A model generated the notes under the pieces. That model searched no databases. It saw only the letters and a list, made by a program, of their open reading frames with translations, and was not told the origin of the DNA. A stretch of 63,907 nucleotides of DNA, filler included, from Craspedostauros australis (taxonomy: Eukaryota), in assembly GCA_030167865.1 (NCBI GenBank). It is 14 parts of 14 records of this genome, joined end to end, with 100 filler letters (N's around TTAATTAATTAA, not from the genome) between each part and the next. Parts side by side here need not be neighbours in the genome. Positions count along the whole stretch, not along the records: positions 55,120 to 59,629 come from JALAGF010003687.1; positions 59,730 to 63,907 come from JALAGF010003688.1; 12 more parts are not named here. The stretch is one strand, 5' to 3'. The position numbers and the translations under genes were made by a program. Shown here piece after piece: positions 55,356 to 63,907 of this stretch (positions within the stretch are counted from its first letter, which is position 1; each line of letters begins with the position of its first letter).

Positions 55356-56339
55356 CTAACGACAGGAGCCCTTGTTGAATTCGTCCTGGATGTGCTCGAG
55401 AACCTCCCGCTCATCCTGCTTGGCGAGGAACCGTGCCAGAGCCCTGGACGGTTTGCTGAGCTGGGCGGACTTGATGGCCAGGAGCTTCGCACGCGCATCC
55501 GAATCGAGGCTCCGAGGCAGCTTGGATTGAATCTCGAGGATGCTCTTGATCATGCCGCCCTTGTACCGCGACAGCACGTCGTGCATGTACCGCTCAAGAC
55601 CGCGGTTGTCTCTGTGCTTGTTCAGATCTGCGAATGCAAATTCCCTCAGCTTCTTGGGACATGTGGCGCAGATGGAGAACAGTTTGACGAATTCGTCTGT
55701 GCCGTCGTCGTGTCTGTTGCGACGCTCGCACACGATGCGCTTGGTTCGCTCGAAGTTCCGCTCATGCTCTTCCTTCGTCCACCACCCGTTTCGTCGATCT
55801 TCCTCCGTCAACACCAGCGTGTGGTTGGTCGCGGAACCTGTGCATGCGTTGTCCATGCTGTTGCTGCTGCTATTGTTGCTGTTGTAGTGGCGTTTTGCGC
55901 TGGCATGGATCCAATCACGATCCGGCGCACTGCTGCCATCCTTCCCACCACCACCATCATCGTTTCGATCGTATCCTCCGCGATGAGTGTGACCTGGCTT
56001 CCTGTGCGCATCATGCATGCGGTGTGGATGCTCGTCTCCGTCTGCTTCTCCCAGCGCAAATCGGACTGTTCTCGTCAGCTTCTGGCATCTGCTCGGGCAG
56101 ATCGACGAAACAGTGGAGGAGAAGGAAGAGAAGTACGTGCTCTTGGTCGCAATGGACGCCGAGCCATCATCGTCGAGGTAAGATCTCGAATTGATGCTGA
56201 GGCTGCGCTTGTCCTTCGTTGATATGCACAGCTCTTCCTTGACACTTGTCGGAGATGCGGAATCGTAGTCAGAGGCATCAGTGTCGCATTCACCAATGGA
56301 AGTGATTGGGTGCTGGTTGGCTACGCTTGTGTTCATCAT
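55356..56339 (-). CDS. RGLE-family hypothetical protein, allele 2
   Basis: MMNTSVANQ..., otherwise identical to allele 1. Confidence 0.75.
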   Translation of the reverse strand: MMNTSVANQHPITSIGECDTDASDYDSASPTSVKEELCISTKDKRSLSINSRSYLDDDGSASIATKSTYFSSFSSTVSSICPSRCQKLTRTVRFALGEADGDEHPHRMHDAHRKPGHTHRGGYDRNDDGGGGKDGSSAPDRDWIHASAKRHYNSNNSSSNSMDNACTGSATNHTLVLTEEDRRNGWWTKEEHERNFERTKRIVCERRNRHDDGTDEFVKLFSICATCPKKLREFAFADLNKHRDNRGLERYMHDVLSRYKGGMIKSILEIQSKLPRSLDSDARAKLLAIKSAQLSKPSRALARFLAKQDEREVLEHIQDEFNKGSCR

Positions 56340-59150
56340 TGTGTGCCGTCGTCGTCGTTGGTGTTCGTGGGGAGGTGTCGGCGATGGCCACTGATGATGA
56401 TGCTGATGCTGCTGATGCTGCTGATGTTGCTTTCACTGCTTTTCGCTTCTGGTGCTTTCGCGAGTATCGCTCAAGAGAGTTGCAAATGCTTGCGGTTCAC
56501 TTGGTCGCTTTCCCTGTCCTTGTGTCCAATGGCTTCTGGCTGTCTTGCGCAGGAGGAGCTGTTGCTGTATTGCTCGCTGATCCGGTTGAATTGAATTTGT
56601 GGTGAGTGCGCTGCTTTGTTTTGGTGCGGAACAGTTGAGCTGCTCGGATGTCTCACTGACTGCGCTTCCTGTCTTGATGGTTTGTGGCGCCAGGAACAGC
56701 GACAGCGACAGCAACGATGAGTAGTAGTAGATCGCACAGCGGCAACCAAGGTGGTTGCGATGGCACGGTTGGCTTGAGTTGGTCCTGTTGATTGCAAGAC
56801 AAGGAGGGCGTTTGGAATTGTGGCGGTTCGAGTTGGCTTCGTATGATGCCTCGTGCTGTTCTGTGTTGTGTTGCGCTCGTCGTGTTGGTTGTGCGTGGCC
56901 ATGGAATCCGCGTTGTTGTGCTTTGGGCGGCTCGGCGGTTCAGGACGCGTTCGGTCCGGAGGCGGTAACTTCACGCGGTTCTCGAGTGTCTTGACCTTTG
57001 TTTCTCTCTTGGCAAGCCCCCTCCACCAACTTCGCTGTCTGACGCTGTCTTGCGTTGCTCCTTGCTGACATTTGGATTGGAAGCTTGTGATAGATTAAAA
57101 ACAATTGCTCAGTCATGGTCGGGATGGATGGGTGGATGAATGGGAAGCGCGGAAGCATGAAGCTCACACCATAGGTACGTACTCGTGTGCACACCATCCT
57201 GCCGTCCCAATGCGCCCGTTCGCCTTTCTCCCTTGGGTTTTCTTTTTGTTGAGTTTTGTCTTGAACCTGGTCCTTGTGAAGCCAGCCCCGTCTTGAGGCC
57301 ATTCAATTTGTGATGCTGTTTCTGTCTCGTTTGTGACTCACATGTTCACGAGTGGTACTGGCGTTATTCCTTCGAGGGACCCGCGAACCGCGGAACAACA
57401 GTGCATGACTCCACTTCAATGATGCTTGAGTAGTTGTTGGTCACGAATTCTGCGATGTCGATCGTACGCACGACGCAACACTTTCCCCAAACAAAAAGAC
57501 GGTACGAGTACATACCGCGTGCGACGCAAGAGGACCGGCGTTTGGATGACGGAAGATGTGTCTCCTCTGCGTTGCCGACGCTCTTCTATCGCTCTGCGGG
57601 ATTGCTGAACCAGGGTTGTGAAAGACGCAGTTCGACAATCCTGCGCATGGCATGCCCCTGGACGTCTGATGGCAGATACTGCCGTGTCATCCCATGCCGT
57701 TCATGTTGGACTCTCAAACCGTCGCATGCAGGGACGTTGGTCGGATTGCATGAGGAGAAACGGAAAAGAGGAGGCAACACGGAGCCGTATTGGACTTGGC
57801 TTCGTGTTTCCCATACGAACGCGCGCTTTGTCTCTTTCTCTCCTGCTCGTTTCTTGGTGACACGCTGTCATGGCTTACCATACATGCCCGCTCGTACCTG
57901 ACGTAGATACGCGTCGGAATGCTGCAGACAGCTGACAACAGCACAAGAGAGGGGCGATGCCACCCCGAAACGAGGGATCCTCCCTGCCGTGATGTCATGA
58001 CACTTGTTCAATCAGTCCGATCGCTGTTGAGATTCGCGCTGTTCACATCCATCCATCACATCGCAGTTCCATGCCTTCTGTGTCGTTGCGATTCATCGTT
58101 TCGGGCGCAGATAGCTCGAGCCACCCTTCGCAGCGAATGACAACAGAATCGTGTACCACTGTTCCTCGCACGCAAGAGAGCATCACGACGATGATGGAGG
58201 AAAGAGCGTCTTCGGGAGAAGGGAGGCCGAGACCCGCGATGACAGGAGCTTTCTTGCCTTTTGACTCCTCTCCGGAGACGCGAAACTGGATGATGTCCGT
58301 GTTGGCGGTTGACGCTGTGTGCGATGTGCTTCTGATGCTTGGCCGCGTCACAAATTCGTCGACATCGGGACTGCCTCTTCTGTTGTTCTTCCCAAACTCT
58401 GTGCGCGGAAGAGGATCACAGGGACGAAACCACGCGCCATGAGCGAGCCAGTTCGTACTTGCACGTGTAGTGTTGGTGATTCGTTGGCATGGCGCAAAGG
58501 CCCCCTTGGTCATCCACGATCATCGCGCAACAAGGGCGCAGGCGTGCCACAGAAACTCCCCTGCTCACGCGATAGAGCCACCAAGACCTGTGCGATGGAG
58601 ATTCGGCTAATTAGACGTGTTGTGCGCAGTTTGAAGCCGTGGAGGTCTTGTGTGCGGCTGTTGCTGCCTGCTAAACGTCTGACATGGCGCCATACTCGTA
58701 TGTACGTATGTTCTATGGGCACGCTGCCAGATACTCCAAAAGACATGGGAACAGCAGTGATCGATGACGGGGACTGTGGCGGCAACAGCAACAGCGTTGT
58801 GGAGCTATGAGGTTTGGTCTCCGCGTGTTCGACGCTGGTTGCGAACCAACGCTCTCCAGGGCACGTGACTTTCCATCCCACCTGTGTCGTATGATGCCAC
58901 ACCATGCTCTATGACGAGTGTTCTTTGTTACGGATTGGTGACTCCTCTCGCACACCAATTGCCTCTTGACAATCCCAAAGTAAATCTCGTCAGGTAGGTG
59001 GCTGGAACGGAGTGGACAACGGACTACCAAACACACGAATGACATGATCAATCCAATCCAAGTCAACTCAGCTCATCGCATGTCAGTCAATGCGACCCAT
59101 GGCCGACTCCACCGTGCGTGAGTCGCGGAGGGAGACCGCGCGCCGTTGGT

Positions 59151-59629
59151 TTATACATCGTTCAACCCCAATTCCTCGAGCTTGGCTTGGATGGCACCAA
59201 GGGCCGCATGCTGCAAATTGCCCGGAGGCAACGAGGCCGAGTAGCCCCGCTCGTGGATCCACATCTGGATGATCCACTTCTCATCCTCACCAACGATCAC
59301 ATCGCCCTTGTGCAGTGTGCGATCATCGGGCCGCCCATCTGCGAACGAGGGGAAGAAGAGCAAGGCGGATCCTTCCTTCGGCTGCATGGTCAACTCCGTT
59401 CCATCCGGGGACTTCAAATCACGGAACACCGTGCCACCACCGCCACCCTCCATGTCATTGAGGTACACCAACAGCGTCGCTGAGCGCTGTCCGCCATTCG
59501 ACAACTGCGGCCTCGGCACCTCGTCGTAATGCCACGAGAACTGCTGCCCTTGCTTGTACCGCACGATCTGCGGCTCCTCCATGACTTCGATGGGAATGTT
59601 GAGGAGCCCATTTGCTTTGGCCAGGAGTG
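59151..59629 (-). CDS. Prolyl 4-hydroxylase-like oxygenase, 5'-truncated (redundant copy)
   Basis: Identical to 54541-55019. Confidence 0.9.
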
Positions 59630-59729
59630 NNNNNNNNNNNNNNNNNNNNNNNNNNNNNNNNNNNNNNNNNNNNTTAATTAATTAANNNNNNNNNNNNNNN
59701 NNNNNNNNNNNNNNNNNNNNNNNNNNNNN

Positions 59730-61114
59730 TTGCCCTCCGCCACCAATTCGAACTCGTACTTGGACAAGATGCTTGGCAACACCGCGTAGAGCTCAGCAGT
59801 GGCCAACGATTGGCCAGGACAGTTACGATTGCCCAAGGCGAATGAGAGATTGCTCTGAATCATTTCCTTGGTCGGATTCTCCCATCGAGCAGGTTTGAAC
59901 TGAGTAGCATCTTTGAACACCATCTTGTCTCGGTGAGACAAAATCAGCGGAAGCAAAACAGTGGCACCCTTCGGCACCTTGACCTTGCGATTGGAAGGTT
60001 CATCAATCAAGATGAAGTCGTGATTGACAAGACGGATGGGATTCATCGCAGCAACAGGGAGCACTCGCTGGGATTCGGTGATCACGCGTTTGAGATGATC
60101 CTTGGATTGTGCGGGATCGCCCTGCAACAACGATTGCTGCAGCTTCTTCATCTCCTTGGGGTGCTTTGCAAGTAACACGAGAGTGTTGGAAAGGGTGTAT
60201 CCCGTCGAATCGAAACCGCCGATAATCAATGAAAGGAGCTCCGCAACCTTCTCTTTCTCGCACATACTGTACGGATTGGACTCGATCATCTTAATCAACG
60301 TGTTGTGTTCCGATTTGTTGGGATTCTCGCGATAGGCCATCAAGATCTTCTTCGCAAAGTCCTGCATAGCGGAGCAGCATTTGCGCGCCGCCCAGACCTC
60401 TGGGATCACGAAGCTGAATGCCTTCCGCAAGGGATTGACGGCTTGGCGGAAGATGAACTCACGTGCGCCCACTTCGAAGTTGGATGTGAAGAAATGGAAG
60501 TCTTCCGGAGTCGATTCGTATTCGAAGGCCGCTTCCATGATGGACTTGAACACGGTCTTTGGCAACTCGATGGATGGATCGAACGTGGCGTCGGTGTCTG
60601 CCAGCTTCTCGAGGAACTCTGTTTCCCACTGCTTGACGTACTTCGTGCAGATGGAATTCATTCGATTGACTTCCGAAGAAGAAAGCGAGTGCAAGATAGC
60701 TTTCCTCATTTGCTTCGTACGTGGGTCAAGTGTTGAGCGCATGGACATCTGCTTGTGTCCAATCAAGGTATCGACACTTGCAAGCAGTTGCAACGGCTTG
60801 TCAGCCGTCTTGTCGAGCAGAACTTCACGCTGATCCTTCGCGGAGCAGAGGACATACATACCACCGGGGATGGGGATGTTGTGCTGAAAGATGGAGGACC
60901 CCAAAGATTCTCGAAGTTGGAGATGCCACCATGGCGATTCGGATGACACAAACATCTTGATAGACTCCATGATCCCAACAGTAGTCTTGACGGGAGCATC
61001 CTTGGCGGGTGGTTTGTTGAAGGCGACAACCAACCATCCGATGGCAAGTGCGAGCAGGAGGAGAAGCACCGATGTGATGTTGTCTCGCAATGCCGTTGCA
61101 ATATCAAAGTCCAT
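59730..61114 (-). CDS. Cytochrome P450, 3'-truncated by a few codons
   Basis: N-terminal anchor, I-helix GGFDSTG, ESQR (ExxR), FKPARW, heme motif FALGNRNCPG. ATG at 61114. Confidence 0.95.
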
Positions 61115-61321
61115 CGTGGTCGTTGTTATCGTGGTAGTAGTCGTGGTCGAGATTGTGTGGATGATCTTGTTCTTATTTCTTCTCGATGTTCGATTTATGA
61201 GATGATGTGAAGAACGTAAATGCTGTCTGAGATGTGTGGACGAAAGAGAGGTGGCTGGAGGAAGCAGCACACTGGTGGCAGCGAGCACATCACGAAAGCC
61301 AGAACAACACAAGCCATGATT

Positions 61322-61323
<2 letters not shown>

Positions 61324-61354
<31 letters not shown>
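61324..61354. repeat. (TC)n microsatellite upstream of the P450
   Basis: About 15 perfect TC units. Confidence 0.9.
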
Positions 61355-61360
<6 letters not shown>

Positions 61361-63023
61361 CAACTCTGGCAACTCAGACCTCGCGCGCGTCAACCGTCTA
61401 CAAGAATTCGGGTCCTTCGTTGGTCAGAGAGACAGAGAGAGGAGACAGAAGCGCGCGTACTGAGAACGACAGGGTGAATAAAACAGCTCCGCCGGACGTG
61501 AGCGACTCGGGTGAAGAAAGCACAAGACAAAGGATAATCTCGTCGAACGCAGCTGTATCCTCGCTGGTTTGGAGCCAGATTTATGGATCTTCGTCTCAGC
61601 GGTGGCGCGAAACGAGAGATGACCGAAACGCGATTTTGTATCCAAGGTATCCAGGACTTGTCAGCTGGTGATTCGATCGAGCTACAAGAAATAGACGGTT
61701 TGACGTTCCACCGCAGATTCCAACAATGGAGCCATGGCCAAGTGCCCCAGTTGAATAGAACTGAGGGACACGCTGATACATAAACGTAGGTTTTGAATCT
61801 AGAGAGAATGCATTGTCTTTGTGTCCACGTCATCCATGCCAACGAGAACTTGACGAGGCTTGAAGAGGCTGCGTTACGATGGCGGAAGTACATAAAGTAG
61901 TCTCCTTGGGAAATATACACCGCTTGAGATCATATCCAACAATACATAGCGCGGCAGTTCAATGTAGTGGCGATGATACGTCTACGAAGCCATTGTACAT
62001 TTGAAGAAATTCTCGATCCGGCCGGTTTCGGGTCTGCAATGTGCAGGTAGTTAGCCGGCGAGAAAGGATGGACGTGGGAACCATTCGGAAAGGGTCGCTT
62101 CCGTTGCAATCAACAGTCCAAGCAGAATCTGCAAACATTACTGCTGGCACACTAAATGTTATCAGGACCAATGCAAGTCGTACTCCATGAGTGCTTGACA
62201 TTGTGCGCTCTAATACAACAATACTCAAACCTTCGCCCTCTTCACACGGAGTTGTCGAGATGTACATGTGAGTATATGTTGAGATGTACGTGTATATGTG
62301 CATCGTTCACCTGTTATTCTCTAATACGCACTTGGACGGTATAACTACATTCGCGTAGATAGTATGCTGTGATTCGTCAGAATTACAGCAGAAACGGAAC
62401 ACACGAAAATGAGCAGAATTTCTGGAGGAAATTTGCAATCGACGATTTCTGAGAGAATTGGAAATATCGTCCGTCCATCCATCAATGGTACCGAGAGAAT
62501 CTCAAGGTACTTCCCAACTAAACCTCAGATGACAATGTCATCTGACAGACTGCTGCATCACCAATGGAACGTAGCATCTGGAGAGCAGACGGACGCCTAC
62601 TAACGTTGACAGGATGTCATCATGTCACCACGTTGACATCTGTCTCCAAGTCAGAGCAGGAGGCGAAGATCCAAATGACCAAAGGGCATCAGGATCATGG
62701 ATACGGGAGATGAACTTCAAATGGTAAGTACTCATGGAGTAGGAACCAGTACTGAATGAATGGAGTGTTGAATGCGGAGTACGCATCAAACACAGAGTAT
62801 CACATAGCACAAAGCACACGATGCTGAGATAGAGAGAATACAGAGAGGAGTGAGAGAGCATCTCACGTACCAACTCATAGTCAGAGATCGACTCTATGAA
62901 ATAGATTGAAGCGCCAAGAGCATCAGGCAAGAGAACAGGCGTACACCAAGAGGATTGGAGTAGCCAAGTAATGAAATAGCAAACAAACGACTATCAACCA
63001 ACACCACCCTCCACAATCGTAGG

Positions 63024-63907
63024 TTACCAATCACGGAACTTGCCAACACGGAGTTGGGTATTGGTGTATTTCAATGTCATGAAATATTCCAGCTTGCCTT
63101 CCACCACCAATTCAAGCTTGTACTTTGACAAGATGCTTGGCAACACCGAGTAGAGCTCGGCCATTGCCAATGATTGGCCAGGGCAGTTATGTCTGCCCAA
63201 GGCAAATGGCGTAAAACTCTGTCCCATTTCCTTGTCGGGGCTTCCCATCAACCAGGCTTGAACTGTTGAGCATCTTCGAACACCATCTCGTCTTGGTGGG
63301 AGGTGATCTGCGGGAAAATGATGGCAGCGCCTTTCGGTATCTTGACCTTGCGACTGGAAGGTTCATCCACAAAGATGAAGTCTCGACTGGCGACGCGAAC
63401 GGAACTCAATGCACCAACAGGGATCAAGCGTTTGGATTCGGTGATCACACGCTTGAGATGACCGTTGGATTGTTCCGGATCGCCCTGCAACAACGATTGC
63501 TGCAGCTCCTTCATCTCCTTGGGGTGCTTTGCGAGTAACGTGAGAGTGTTGGCAAGTGTGTATCCCGTTGTATCAAAACCGCCGATAGCCAAGGAAAGGA
63601 GCTCCGCAATCTTCTCCTTCTCGGACATACTGTACGGATTGGACTCGACCATCTTAATCAGCGTGTTGTGTTCCGATTTGTTGGGATTCTCGCGATAGGC
63701 TTTCAAAATCTTCTTCACAAAGTCCTGTAAAGCGGAACAGGATTTGCGCGCCACCCAGACTTCTGGGATCATGAAGCTGAGTGCTTTCCGCAAAGGATTG
63801 ATGGCTTGGCGAAGGATGAATTCACGTGCAGCCACTTCGAAGTTGGACGCGAAGAAGTGGAAGTCTTCGGGAGTCGATTCGTATTCGAAGGCTGCTTCCA
63901 TGATGGA
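63024..63907 (-). pseudogene. Cytochrome P450 tandem paralog with nonsense and frameshift lesions (5' end outside the window)
   Basis: Paralog CCT GCT CGA TGG GAG AAT CCG ACC AAG versus CCT GGT TGA TGG GAA GCC CCG AC- AAG here. Heme motif FALGRHNCPG lies in the shifted frame. Confidence 0.85.

Noticed and set aside
46900..59629. Apparent triplicated RGLE gene, 4.5-kb tandem duplication and inverted repeat
   Set aside because: Redundant haplotype or overlap contigs differing only in a ~150-bp bubble, mostly in a 5' UTR triplet tract.
20354..59729. Recurrent palindromic TTAATTAATTAA motif between N-runs
   Set aside because: Artificial six-frame-stop linker. Gene order across linkers has no biological meaning.
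61400..63020. AT-richer spacer between the P450s as a possible retroelement remnant
   Set aside because: No convincing RT, RNase H or integrase motif and no terminal repeats.

Overview
Eukaryotic nuclear DNA, most likely from a diatom, judging by the bipartite ASAF-type plastid presequences, short GT-AG introns and diatom-type LRR and 'RGLE' families. The window is not contiguous: it is 14 contigs joined by 13 artificial 100-bp linkers (N44-TTAATTAATTAA-N44). Several contigs are redundant haplotype or overlap copies of each other. Contig 1 (1-20353) is a ~16-kb unique block between ~2.15-kb inverted repeats, each carrying a sulfotransferase-like gene. Inside it are an Mpv17/PMP22 gene, a TM+PH-like gene, a plant-type MSH1 (MutS + GIY-YIG), an ABHD/YheT hydrolase, a DnaJ-ubiquitin-like gene and a Cys/His-motif membrane protein. 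The most striking observation is an ~83-aa segment of this MSH1, upstream of the mismatch-recognition domain, that closely resembles the thumb subdomain of family-A DNA polymerases. Other contigs encode an aldehyde dehydrogenase, an RXL/acidic single-pass protein, an LRR protein, an EF-hand membrane protein, an NTF2/DUF2358-like fragment, an LTR-retrotransposon Gag with a candidate -1 frameshift signal, plastid HflX, an ankyrin protein, two RGLE-family paralogs, a prolyl 4-hydroxylase and a tandem P450 pair, one copy pseudogenised. All family calls come from motif recognition by eye; no searches were run.
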